Shown here piece by piece: positions 13,977-27,054 of a stretch of DNA of 64,000 nucleotides (position 1 is the first letter of the stretch; every line of letters starts with the position of its first letter). The stretch spans positions 20,274,001 through 20,338,000 of the forward strand of contig NC_043013.1 of the NCBI RefSeq assembly GCF_006345805.1. The letters run 5' to 3'. Origin of the DNA: Octopus sinensis. Lineage: Eukaryota. The notes under the pieces are model-generated. The model saw only the letters and a program-made list of their open reading frames with translations. It was not told where the DNA came from and did no database searches. A program made the position numbers and the translations under genes.

Positions 13977-14206
13977 TTAAATCTTTATCATTTAAGCCAA
14001 CCATATCTAGCCCAAATACTCTACCAGTCTCATCTTCAAACTGGCCAGATCCAACTTCTCACACCTACTCTACAATGTCGTTCTAAAAACTAAACAATCA
14101 CATAAATGAAATCTGGAAGCTACAAGATAACGCATGATTAATTCAAAACAATGGAAATAAAAAAATCATTGCATTTGACAGAGAAATTTGAATGCTAAAG
14201 GGTTAA
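13977..14206. mobile_element. piggyBac-like MITE, second copy, 115 bp upstream of the myosin exon
   Basis: Alignable to 21286-21492 and ends aatgctaaaggg-ttaa. Confidence 0.65.
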
Positions 14207-14321
14207 GGAGTATCAGCTCATTATTTTTCATGATACTCATTAATGCTTTATGTTTTGTTTTGTTTTGTCATTGATTTGTTTAAATATTTCACTTTTGCTG
14301 CCCTCTTTTTGATCTTTTCAG

Positions 14322-14437
14322 ACATATATTGGAAATGTTGTTGTCTCTGTCAACCCGTACCACAAATTACCTCTCTATTCCCATCATGTGATTGAGGAGT
14401 ACCGCTGTAGGAACATATATGAATTACCAGCTCATAT
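14322..14437 (+). CDS. Myo1: Class I myosin (MYO1A/B-like) motor-domain internal exon
   Basis: Acceptor ttttcag and donor gtgagt. 116 nt encodes TYIGNVVVSVNPYHKLPLYSHHVIEEYRCRNIYELPAH plus AT (phase 2). Matches the myosin-I N-terminal motif TYIGxVxxSVNPY...ELxxH. Confidence 0.93.
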
Positions 14438-15793
14438 GTGAGTATTTAAATTTGTGTCTGTCAGTTACTCTCCTCAATAACTCTGAGTACAGTCAAGGCA
14501 CTGCATAATGATCTCATTCATACAGCATTAAGAATGCTAATAAACTCAACTCACACACACGAGAGTAATATAACATGATACATATATTACTCTCATTTCT
14601 ATATAAACTTGACAGAGAATACTTCCTTGCTGTATATTCTTCTCGTATTTCATATTGTCTTCTTTCAGTTATTCTCTTTACTTTAAACCTAACTTCTGTT
14701 TTTTCTCTCCTACTCTTGTCACACATCTATGTGTATGTACATATCTATATGGGGGCGGGGTGTACATATGAATGTATGTGTGTACATATATATACATATT
14801 TTTTGAATATCTCAAAGCATATTCATAAAGCTAGAGATAGTAGCATGTAAATATTTAGTAGAAAAACTGTTTTTGGAATGTAAAAGTTGACAGCCTTTCA
14901 CTCTTTCTACCTAAAGGTGTAGGAGTGGCTGTGTGGTAAGTAGCTTGCTTACCAACCACATGGTTCCAGGTTCAGTCCCACTGTGTGGAAACTTGGGCAG
15001 GTGTCTTCTACTATAGCCTCGGGCCGACCAAAGCCTTGATTCATCTATGGGTGGAAATATATTATATTTCTTATAATTTCTTAAGAATTATAAGAAATAT
15101 AATACTTATTGTTTAGCCCTAGGACAACATTGGTGGAGCAACTATGATGAAACCCTTCCAGCTATTACCATTTGTCTTTTTGTTAATCGGGAACTATACT
15201 CTCTAATGTCTCCTTTACATTCTAAGACAAGAAGATCTGATTTGAAGTAACTTACTGTTTCTAGTGACTCAGTCAATTACATTGAGGCTCCTTAAGTTGT
15301 TGACCAACCTCACATTCTTTTCTCTTTCTCACTTTTACAGCTGGACAAGCCATGTATTCGTCTCTTCAGCAAGATACATACTCTTCCCTGTCTATCGTAC
15401 TTTCTGATTCCTGCAGTCTATACCCCACTCAGTTGAGGGGTCATATCTTGTAGATAATTGGCAACTTCACAGAGCTGGTGCCAAATAAAAATGCTCCCAG
15501 TAAGTGGTTGGCATTAGGAAGGGTTTACAACTGTAGAAGCTTTGTCAAAGTAGATATAGAATCTGGTAGAGTTCTTTGACTCATTTGTTCTTATCAAATT
15601 GTCCACCCCGTAACAACATGGAGAAAAAGAACATCAAATGATGATAACGATGATGATATATACATTTTTTATATATTATATTTGTATATATACATTTTAT
15701 ATATTACATATGTATACATACATATTATTTATTATATACGTATACATATTATATATTACTTAGATATACATATGTTATAATCATATCTATCTA

Positions 15794-15838
<45 letters not shown>

Positions 15839-16190
15839 TATATATATATATTATATATACTATATACATGATGATGATATATATATATATACTATATACA
15901 TGATGATGATGATATATATAATTTATATATACTTATATATTATGTAAATATACATATTATGCATTTATATATACATATATATATATGTATGTATGTATGT
16001 ATATATATGTATGTGTGTGTGCATATATGTATATATGTTTACAAATATATATTTATACTTGTGTGTATGTATACATTATATATTTGTGTGTGCATATACA
16101 TGTGTATATATGTGCAAGTGTGTGTGTGTATATATATATACATGTATGTGCATATATAATTTATCCATCCAACCACATATTTATCCATCA

Positions 16191-16225
<35 letters not shown>

Positions 16226-16914
16226 CCTGTCTTTTTAGATATCTATCTCCAATTCAATCGGAGTATAGTAGAAAATAATTCAAACAAAATACAAATTAAA
16301 TTTATATCCAGAGACAACTTACTTTTCCTCTTGCCCACCAACTCCATTCCCTATCCATTCTTTGATCTGCATTGAAGTAGTTTCTATTTAAATATCTACC
16401 ATCTTTCTTCCGCCCACCCAACGAAGTTCGTTTTTAAGTCAAATTCCAGGGATTAGAACGAAAATAATGAAACACATGTTTATGTTCCACAGACTTCTCC
16501 ATGGTTAATTCTGATGTTATTAAGAATTCTTAAATATTCTGCTACACCTCCTTCACCCTTGTAGTAGTTATTTTTCCTCTTTCTCCTTTCGATCTAAAAG
16601 TCTTAGTCAGTACAGAGAGAGAGAGAGCGAAAGTGAAAGTGAAAGGAGAGTATAACATGGATGCATAAAAAAAATGACATCATTTAGATAAATATCATTG
16701 CTTAGTGATTTAGAAAATATTGTTAAATATGTTTTTTATGGTAAAGTTAGTGGAATGAACATGGCACACATGAAAGCGGCACAGTTATGGTAAATTTTTA
16801 GACTTTTTTAAAGTTTTTCTTTGCACTGGGAGAGGAAAGCATAAATCCATTCAGAAAAAAATTACCCCTAGTTTTCAAATTATTTTTCTTTCATTCCACT
16901 AGAAACATTTATTA

Positions 16915-17032
16915 TTTATTGTTATTATAACTATTATTATTATTATTATTATTATTATTATCATCATTATTATTATCATTATCATTATTATTATCATCAT
17001 TATTATCATCATTATTATTATCATTATTATTA

Positions 17033-17081
<49 letters not shown>

Positions 17082-17122
17082 CATTATTATTATTATTATT
17101 ATTATTATATTATCATTATCAT
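16915..17122. repeat. (ATT/ATC)n microsatellite (others at 18338-18572, 19065-19185, 48070-48320)
   Basis: Read directly from the sequence. Confidence 0.95.
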
Positions 17123-17124
17123 TT

Positions 17125-18355
17125 GAAAATGCTCTGAGACCAACTTCCGTCACTTTCCAGGGAGAAAAACTAGAAATAGTTGATAGTTTCCGTTACCTAG
17201 GTGACCAAGTCAGCAGCAGGGGCGGGTGTGCTGAAAGTGTAACTGCTAGAGTAAGAATAGCTTGGGCAAAGTTCAGAGAGCTCTTACCTCTACTGGTGAC
17301 AAAAGGCCTCTCGCTCAGAGTAAAAGGCAGACTGTATGATGCGTGTGTACGAACAGCCATGCTACATGGCAGTGAAACATGGGCCGTGACTGCTGAGGAT
17401 ATGCGTAAGCTCGCTAGAAATGAAGCCAGTATGCTCCGATGGATGTGTAATGCCGGTACTCACACTCGGCAGAGTGTAAGTACCTTGAGAGAAAAGCTGG
17501 ACCTAAGAAGCATCAGTTGTGGTGTGCAAGAGAGACGTTTGCGCTGGTATGGTCATGTGGCGAGAATGGATGAAGATAGTTGTGTGAAAAAGTGCCACAC
17601 CCTAGCGGTTGAGGGAACCTGTGGAAGAGGCAGACCCAGGAAAACCTGGGACGAGGTGGTGAAGCACGACCTTCGAACTTTAGGTCTCACTGAGGAAATG
17701 ACTAGAGACCGAGACCTCTGGAAGTGTGCTGTGCGCGAGAAGACCCGGCAGGACAAGTGAGTCCATAACCCGTGGCCTTCTACATGGGATGGAGCCAGCC
17801 TACGTATGCATACCTTCCCTTCTTGGGACACAAAACTGTACTTGTGAAGACGTGATGAGGCAAGTGAGGATCAGAATCGAAATCGATCAATGGAAATTGC
17901 GGATGTGTTACCAGTGCCGGTGGCATGTCAAAACTCTGCTTGTGAAGACCCGTTGAGGCAAGTGACGATCAGAATCGAAATCGATCAATGGAAATTGCAG
18001 AGGTGTTACCAGTGCCGGTGGCATGTAAGAGAACTTTCCGTTTCGCGACCGTTGCCAGCACCGCCCCGTTTCGTGTCCGTTGCCAGCCTCGCCTGGCCCT
18101 CGTGCCGGTGGCACATAAAAAGCACCATCCGTTCGTGGCCGTTTGCCAGCTCTGTCTAGCACCAGTGCGGGTGGCACGTAAAAAGCACCCACTACACTCA
18201 CGGAGTGGTTGGCGTTAGGAAGGGCATCCAGCCGTAGAAACACTGCCAGATTTGACTGGGCCTGATGAAGCCTTCTGGCTTCACAGACCCCAGTAGAACC
18301 GTCCAACCCATGCTAGCATGGAAAACGGACGCTAAACGATGATGATGATGATGAT
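17125..18355 (+). mobile_element. RTE-like LINE 3' fragment, same family, lying between (ATT)n arrays
   Basis: ORF 17296-17760 (KGRLYDACVRTAMLHGSETW...RRLRWYGHV...GRGRPRKTW), then 3' UTR and (GAT)n tail. Confidence 0.92.
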
Positions 18356-18392
18356 GATTATCATTATTATTACTATTATCATTATTATTATT

Positions 18393-18433
<41 letters not shown>

Positions 18434-18507
18434 CATTATTATTATTATCATTATTATTATCATTATCATCATTATTATTATTATTATTATTATCATCATC
18501 ATCATCA

Positions 18508-18547
<40 letters not shown>

Positions 18548-19066
18548 CATTATTATCATTATTATTATTATATTTTACTTCTCGGAGCTCTGGATCTTAC
18601 TTGCTCGGATTGTTGTTATTTTAGTTGTTGTTTTAGGAGCTTTCTGCTGTAGTTGTTGTTGTTGTTGTTGTTATTTTTATCCATGGTTTATGGAATACAT
18701 TAAGAATTTCTTTTCTTAAAAGAATTAGGTTCATCTTGGAAAACATGGTTAAAAATTCTCCACGTTCGACAAAGAACTTCAAACACATCATCATCATCCT
18801 CACACTGTTTTCATAGTCAACAAAATCATTTTTATTATTCCTTTTCTCTTTTTTTATCCTGTTTGTTTTTTCATCACTCAGTTCCTCATAAACTCTTTGG
18901 TTTTCATTTAATGTCTCCCCAGCCATCACCCTTGTGCCAAATAAAATTATTCATCATCAACATCATCATCATCATTATTATTATTTCATTACATTTTGAT
19001 TATTACAATTGTTTTTACAACTACTACTACTGATAATTTTCAATATTTTATTAGAATCTTTTATAC

Positions 19067-19102
<36 letters not shown>

Positions 19103-19110
19103 CATTATCA

Positions 19111-19169
<59 letters not shown>

Positions 19170-20889
19170 TATTATTATTATTATTCATATTTCTTTAGGA
19201 AATTTGATAACACCATAGTTTTTGTCTTTGTATTCTTTTAAAGAAATATTTTAGATGCACTTGTCTCCATCTGCACAAACATCTCCGCACAAGCACACTG
19301 ACATTTCTACATGCATACATTCTTCTACTCATGCACAGACACCCACACACCCTACATACACACACACACACACACACACATAGATTCACCCATCTCTCTC
19401 TCTCTCTTTCTCTCTACACCCATGTACACACTTGCCTCTACTCAAATGCACAGTCATGCACCTCCACATACACACGCATACACGTACACATGTCCCCATA
19501 CAAGCGAATACACCCCTCAACGCACTCATATGCACATGTATACCTCCAGGCAGACTCATGTACTTCCTCTACCCCCACCACACACACACACACACGCACA
19601 CACATACAAACACCTCCCCAGAATCATCCCCAAAACACACACCTCAAACACACTCTTTACACGCAGCCACCCTTCTAACCCCCCCCCCCAAACACACTCA
19701 TGCCTATTCCTGTTTCTTTTGTATAATGGCGAATCATTGTCTCAAAGCATTTGCCATTTTACTCCTTTAGTAAAAGAATGGCGGAACAGCAAGGTTATGA
19801 TTCCAAATAACATTAAGAACAGTTTATATTTGTATATGGCAATGGAACCGTGGATATTCTTTAACATCTCTGCAACACTTTTTTTTTATATATATATATT
19901 TATTTTTTCTCTCTATCTTTTCAAATTGGAATTCTAAAATTATGTTTTATGTCTTTCATGTTCTTCCCCCCCACCAATCCCACTCTTCTCTGGTTTATAA
20001 TTGTCGCCGACAACAAAAGAGTGTTGCCAGGAATTCTTCCTGGATTTCTTTGTTTACTTTGTGTTTCTGCAGAAGCAGGAATTATTCCATAAACTAATTA
20101 TGGCGGCATTCTAAAAGTCTTTCCGTAAACACTTGTATTGGATTATAATCCTGTTAATAATGTAATTCGTGGAAGACATGATTTAATTATCATTATCATT
20201 TTGTTTATGCATTTTTGTTTGTATTTTTGGTGGCGGGGATTAATTCTTGGCACTATTCTGTAGCAGACCTACTGAGTAAACTTTACAGGGGAGGTGTATG
20301 TATGTGTGTGTGTGTCGCCTACTGACTACAAAATGTAGATCCTAAAAAGCTGACAAAATTAAGTTGACACCATTTAAGATGGAAACACAGATAACCTTAT
20401 GGTATCGTATATCAAAAAGGGTGCCAGGAATTTCTTTCTAGATTACATTTGGCACAAAACCAATGCATCTGAGAACTGATGTCTAAGGGAAGCTTTGCTT
20501 TCTTGGACACATCTAGAGAACTGGTGACATATTTCAAAGCAGTGCACTTGGAACCACTTCCAAGACAGACACTGGTTCAATAACTTCAAAAAGTAGAGCA
20601 GCCTCACTGCTAGAGCTGTAAGTTGTTTTAATATTGGTAAATCACAATGAAAAGAAGTAAAAGAACCAAGATTCTAAGAGATTATGATACATGAGGTTGT
20701 GTCACAGTTTTGAATTTCATCTACACTCTGTTCTTTCCTTTATGTTGGTGCCTGGTTGTTATGGGTTACTCTATCAAATTGGCTCTGACAAGTAGACCCA
20801 TAACTTAGAGGGCAAATAGCAGCTTTCATGATTCTCTGATAATGCCAATTAGACTGGTTGGGGAGAAAGAGAAGTTATCCTCAGATCAG

Positions 20890-21222
20890 AACCTTGAAGT
20901 CTGATCAGAATGGTCGCAAAAGAGTGGATGCTAGTAATGGTACTCAAGAACCTTGGGATTAGGTTTGCTATTAAACTGATTTCAGATTATGACTACCACA
21001 CAAACAACCTTCAAACAATCAGCTTCTTTATGGTTCCTATCTACCAAATACCACTTATGGTCAACCAAAAAAAACCTAATCAAAGTGCTAAACACTGGAA
21101 TTAAATCTGAAACCACCCAGTTGGCAAGCAAACTTTTTAGCCTTGCAGCAATGGCTGTGTCCATAGCCAAAGACATTCCAGACAAGACCATCCAATGTAT
21201 TCTCCAGACTAAGGGTTCCTAG
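20890..21222 (+). mobile_element. Possible DIRS/Ngaro-like tyrosine recombinase relic
   Basis: LKSDQNGRKRV resembles SKTDQxxxG. KLFSLAAMAVSIAKDIPDKTIQ resembles HSFRIGAATxAxxxGIPDxxIQ. Degenerate, with a frame change between the motifs. Confidence 0.45.
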
Positions 21223-21285
21223 GAATACATTATCAAATGTGTCCTCATTTAATCACTGGTTAATGCTGATTGAACAGGGTCATGA

Positions 21286-21492
21286 TTAACCCTTTAGCAT
21301 TTAAACTGGCTATATTCAGCCAAAATGTTCTACCTGTTTTATCTTCAGTTTGGTCACATCTGGCCTTTCACACCTACTCTACAGTGTCATTTTAAAATTG
21401 AACAATTGCATCATCGAAATTTCAAAGCTATGAGCTAATGCATGGTTAATTTAAAATGCTTTGACAGAGTAATCTGAATGCCGAAGGGTTAA
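21286..21492. mobile_element. piggyBac-like MITE (TTAA-bounded)
   Basis: ttaa-ccctttagcatt ... aatgccgaaggg-ttaa. Confidence 0.7.
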
Positions 21493-21619
21493 AAGATGCT
21501 CCATTTAGAACCATCACATTGTTTTTCCAGAGTAAGTGTATCTTGGACTACATTGTTTAATGTGGTTTTTTTTGTTTCACTAATCTGTTTTCATTTCTAA
21601 GTATTATCAGTATTTCGAA

Positions 21620-22140
21620 ATCAAAATCAAAATCAAATTCGATGACTGGCATCCGTGCTAGCAGGGTGCAAAGAGCACCATTCGAGTGTGATCATTGACA
21701 GAGTGGCTAACCAGCTTCCATGCCAGTGGCACATAAAAGGGCACCATTCGTGTGTGATTGTTACCAGTGTCGCCTTACAGGCACTTGTGCCCGTGCTAGT
21801 AGGGTGCCAAGAGCACTATCCGAGTGTGATTGTTGCCAAAGCAGCCTGCTGGCACCATTTGAGCGTGATCGTTACCAACGTCGCCTTACTGGCACGTGTA
21901 AAAAGATTCGAGCAAGATCGTTGCCAGTACCGCCTGACTGGCCCCCATGCCAGTGGCATGTAAAAAGCACCCACTACACTCTCGTAGTGGTTGGCGTTAG
22001 GAAGGGCATCCAGCTGTAGAAATTCTGCCAGATCAAGATTGGGGCCTGGTGCAGCCATCTGGTTTGCCAGCCCTCAGTCAAAATCGTCTAAGCCATGCTA
22101 GCATGGAAAGTGGACGTTAAACGATGATGATGATGATGAT
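21620..22140 (+). mobile_element. Solo RTE 3' UTR
   Basis: aaatcaaaatcaaattcgatgactggcatcc...gttggcgttaggaagggcatccagctgtag...(GAT)n. Confidence 0.75.
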
Positions 22141-22761
22141 CAAACTAAATAAATTAAGCAATGGAGAGCATTGTTTATTATATCAAAGTAAGTTTCACTT
22201 ATTTGGAGTTGGAACTGGTGATTTTGTAAATCTTGGAACCTCACTTTTAAATTCCTCACCCAACCCACCAAAAGAAGCTGAAATATTCCATAACACATAC
22301 TTCGTTATTGATTCCGGTTGCTGCTTTGTCTGTGTTGGTAAATGTATCAATCAGTGTTTTTTACAGTTCAATTATGAATAATTTCGGTATTGATTCGAAG
22401 TTTCTGATGCTAGCAGACAGAGGAGTGACATATTGAATTCACACCTTGTAATTTTAAACTTAGAACAATGAAATATTTCTAATTTTGGCACAAAGCCAGC
22501 AATTTTAGCGGGAGGTGGGGATTAGTTAATTAAATCAATCAAGTACTTTATTGCTACTTCATTTCATTGACCCTGAAGAATAAAAGGCTAAGTTGACTTC
22601 AGTGGGACTTGAACTCAGAATATAGAGTCAGAGTACCACAAAACTGTTTGTCCGACCCTCTAGCAATTCTGTTAATCTACATCAGATTGACAAAATAGTG
22701 GCTTGTGAAGTTCACTAAAATCGCCAATTAATGTAATAATTTTTTGGTCATTTAATTCCTT

Positions 22762-23082
22762 TCTCTCGTGGAAGCATCATCCAACCAAAGTACAAATATA
22801 TGGGAAATTACCACCTGTATCATCTCTTGTGAAAGGTAGAAGAGTCCAGTTTGCTGGACATTGTTTTAGAGCTGAAAACCAGGTAATTTCTACTCTTCTC
22901 CTCTGGAAGCCATCTACTCGCGATACCAGAAGGCGCACACTCTCCTACCCTGATGTAATCTTCAGGGATACAGGCATCCAGCAACAGGACCTCCGTAATG
23001 CTATGATGGACTGTGAGATCTGGCGTAACATAGTAAATTCCATTGTCTCGACCACGGTCGAACAATGAATGAATGAATGAAT
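22762..23082 (+). mobile_element. 3' fragment of a second LINE family
   Basis: ORF end GRRVQFAGHCFRAENQVISTLLLWKPS...RRRTLSYPDVI..DTGIQ..DLRNAMMD.E.WR, with a (TGAA)n tail. Confidence 0.8.
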
Positions 23083-23390
23083 GCAGTAGGCATGAAGAAT
23101 TTCACTTCATCTTCCTTACAAGTTCTACAGCTTTTCCAGTTTCTTCACTGGGGTCTTTTGTTTTCTTTAAACTGACTGCCAGGTCAAAATGCTGGGCAGC
23201 TTCTGCATGGCAAGAGGTGATGTGCCGCAGGGCTGAGTGTATGATTGTACTTCCTTGTCTTGCCACTGTGTCATTGTTGCAAATGAATGTCGATGTCATA
23301 CAAGCAGTGCCCTTCATTTCCAGTCTTCTGTGAAAACATATCTGGCCACGAGGAAATATTACCTTGCTTGGAAACAAGTGAGAGCTAGTG

Positions 23391-23725
23391 ATTATTTATT
23401 ATTATTGTTCGACCGTGGTCGAGACAATGGAATTTACTATGTTACGCCAGACCTCACGGTCCATCATAGCATTACGGAGGTCCTGCTGCTGGATGCCTGT
23501 ATCCCTGGGGATTACATCAGGGTAGGAGAGTGTGCGCCTTCTGGTATCGTGAGCAGATGGCTTCCAGAGGAGAAGAATAGAAATTACCTCGTTTTCAGCT
23601 CTACAACAATGTCCAGCAAACTGGACTCTTCTACCTTTCACAAGAGATGATACAGGTGGTAATTTCCCATATATTTGTACTTTGGTTGGATGACGCTTCC
23701 ACGAGAGATTTTGAGCTCTCATAAG
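23391..23725 (-). mobile_element. Inverted second copy of the same LINE 3' fragment
   Basis: ORF 23402-23722. About 11 mismatches over ~305 bp against 22762-23066 (counted by eye). (AAT)n tail. Confidence 0.8.
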
Positions 23726-25739
23726 GAGGCGAGTGATAGGAAAGCAACTGGTTGTAGAAAATCTGCCTCAGTCGTTACACTAAGCCGTTATATTATCTTT
23801 TGAGGACATTTAACTCTTTTTTAAAAAATCCTTTCAATTCAATCCCCGATTTTTATGAAAAGGACTTGTGTAGTAAGAAGCTTGCTTCCCAACCACGTGG
23901 TTCTAGGTTCAGTCCCACTACATAGCACCTTGTGAGTGGATTTGGTAGACGGAGACTGAAAGAAGCCAATCACGTGTGTGTGTGCATGCATGCATGCATG
24001 TCTTTGTGTGTGTGTATTTAAAAATAATTAGTACTGGGGTTGGTTCATTCTACTAAAATCTTCCTAGGCGGTGTCTAGGAATTTTCTAAGCTTTCTGGAT
24101 TTCTTTTGTTGAAAACTCATTGTATAACCTGTTTTCCAAGTTTTCCATTGAGTTAAAATTCAGGAACTGTACTGGCCACTACAGTATTTAGAGTTTCATT
24201 AATTCTGGATTATTTCTGCAGTACATTTTGGTCATGCTATTGCTGCCATACTTAATTCTTAGGTTCATAGATACTCACTGACTCAACTAATCACAAAATT
24301 CTTAATGGCCAATTCTTATATTCCTGTACAAACTGCAAAATGTTGATTTGAAATTTGTAGAGAAATCTACAGATTTTATGTGTAAAACTTCCTGTAAACA
24401 GCTTTGTCAATGTTCAATGGTGTCTAGACCAATTTGCTTCAGTTATCATTGTCAAACATTGTTCCATATAGCAACCAGCAGTCACTTTCCTAATTCTCCA
24501 TTAACAGGCAACCTGTTTTATTGAAGATGTCCATAGTTTGGTGAATACATTTAATGAGCTACACTGACTGAGCAACATTTACTGACCATCCTCAGCAGTT
24601 ATAGTTCAGAGTGGCCTCTCTCGCTTATACAACTGGACGTGTCTCCATCACATCTTTTACAATAAGCTTTTCTCTTTACGAGTCACAACAGATGTTAAGA
24701 TGATATAAACCAACAGATATTGGCATCAAATTTTGGCGCATGGCCAGCAATATGGGGAAAAGGGGTAAGCTGATTATATCGACCCCCAAAGCTCAACTGG
24801 TGCTTTTTTTATTGAACCCCTGGAAGGATGAAAAGCAAAGTTAGCCTTGGTAGAATTTGAACTCAGAACGTGAAGATAAATGAAATTCCGCAAAGCATTC
24901 TAATGATTCTGCCAACTCACCAACTTACTTGCTGTCTTAATATTGATAATAATTCTTTCTACAATTGGCCTGAAAATTTTGGGGAGGGGGCTACTTGTTT
25001 ACCTTGACTTTAGTGCTCAACTGGAAGGCACATGGCTCAGTGGTTAGAGCGTAGAGCTTACGATCGCGAGGTTGTGAGTTTGATTCCTGGACCGGGCTGT
25101 GTTTTGTGTTCTTGAGAAAGACACTTTATTTCACATTGCTCCAGTGTGTGTGTAAGTGTGTATGTTTGTATTGCCGTGTTTTAACATCATGTGTTAGTCG
25201 TAAATGAGTGTCACTGTCACATAAGCGGTGTCACTAAGCCTTGGGGAAATATTACCTTGCTTAGATACAGGTGACAGGAAAAGCATCTGTCTGTGGAAAA
25301 TTTGACTCAATAAAAATTATCTAACCCATACTAGCCTGGAAACGTGGACGTTAGAGCAGTAATGATGATGAATTTCTAAAATTAAATGACATCAATTTTC
25401 GTGGCTTTATTGAATATTGTCAATAAAAATGCCTTTGTTGAAAAGAGCAAAAAGTTTTTTTCTTCTATTCAAGAATAAAACCATTATTTTACCATTCCTG
25501 TATAGTTTGACTCATAAATGATTAAATAAATGGAATTAAACTTTAATCATTGATGTAGCGATGTCTTTAAACTGGCGCCGCACTATTACCCCAGTCTGTT
25601 GCTATGAGTGTGTGTGTGTGTTTGTGTGTGTGTCTTTGTTGAGTCAAGTGTTTGTCTATATGTGTCTGTGCATGGCTGTGTGTACAGCATGTGTGTGAAT
25701 GATGTCTGCATCATTGATATATGTATGCGTGCACACGTG

Positions 25740-26215
25740 CTTGTGTTATGTTCTGTATATATATATATATACACACACACATATATATGTATATATATAT
25801 GTATGTATATTGTGTATATTTATATATGCATATGTATATATGTATATATATATATGTGTGTATGTATGTGTGTGTGTGTGTGTGTATATATGTATATATA
25901 TGTATGTGTGCATATATATGTGTATGTGTGTGTGTATATATGTATATGCATATATATATTTATGTATATATGTATGAATACATATATATGTGTGTGTGTG
26001 TGTATATATGAAGATATGTGTATATATATGTATGTATATTGTGTATATTTATATATGCATATGTATATATGTATATATACATACATATATATATGTATAT
26101 GTATATATGTATATATATGTATATATGTATATATATGTATATGCATATATACATATATGTATATGTATATGTATATATGTATATATATGTATATGCATAT
26201 ATACATCTATGTATA

Positions 26216-26250
<35 letters not shown>
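25740..26250. repeat. (TA/TG)-rich compound microsatellite (others at 15660-16150, 26550-26783, 60660-60955, 61465-62056)
   Basis: Read directly from the sequence; source of many spurious Y/I/C/V-rich ORFs. Confidence 0.95.
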
Positions 26251-26253
<3 letters not shown>

Positions 26254-27012
26254 CCTACACGTGTATACGCACAAACTCACACACATACTTGTTTCTACTA
26301 ACAAAATCCGATCCGTCTGTGAACTTTCTTCATTCACCTTATAAACCACATCCACCACAAATTCCCCCCTCTTCTTACTCACGATCATGTCTGATGTTCC
26401 TTCATAACGCTACTCCCGCCTCCCTTCTTTCACTCTCTTTTCTTCCCGCTAATGCTCTCCCTTCTCTGCTTCTCCTTTTCTTTAGCCCCTAAATAAGCTC
26501 CCTTCCTCCCCCTCTTACCTTTCCTTCTTTTTCCATTCTACTTGTACTGCCTGTGTGTGTATATATATGCATATGCATATATATATTTATGTATATGTAT
26601 ATGAATACATATATATATGTATGTGTGTATGTGTATGTAGATATGTGTGTATATATGTATATAGTGTATATATATGTATGTGTATATTTATATATTTATA
26701 TGTATGTATATATGTATATATATGCATATATATATACATGTATATATATGCATATATATACATGTATATATATATACATATATAATAGAAATATAAAATA
26801 ACTAAGTCTCTCTAAAAGAGAACAGCGGCAGCGTTCCCGGAAAATAATAGTTATCGCCATACTAATATCGCATTCTTATAAAAATAAGAAAAAAGCTGTC
26901 CGCTTATTAGCTCCATGAGGCCATCGCCTTAAGTTAGCTATTTGATACACAAACTGTATCCATATAACCTTCGAACAAGGGAGGTCAGTCGCTCCACACT
27001 ACTTGACCGGCA

Positions 27013-27054
27013 GCTACAGACGCGTTTCGGGGTATTGCCCCTTTTCAATGCAGC
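27013..27054 (-). ncRNA. Minimal type I hammerhead ribozyme (unit 1)
   Basis: Minus strand: GCUGCA-UUGAAAA-GGGG CAAUA CCCC-GAAAC GC GUC-UGUAGC. Stem I GCUGCA/UGUAGC, stem II GGGG/CCCC, palindromic stem III ACGCGU, GUC cleavage triplet. Confidence 0.78.

Noticed and set aside
18263-18290. ctgatgaagcc..ggct in the RTE 3' UTR
   Set aside because: Lacks the GAAAC and NUH half of a hammerhead.
25025-25100. tRNA-like sequence (also 1-72, 30693-30770, 45660-45725)
   Set aside because: A and B boxes are present but there is no acceptor stem or cloverleaf, and SINE bodies follow. These are SINE heads, not tRNA genes.
25586-26801. Long ORFs rich in Y/I/C/V/M/H (also 60606-62088, 56686-57378, 19311-19937)
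   Set aside because: These are translations of (TA)/(TG)/(CA) microsatellites with no coding signal.
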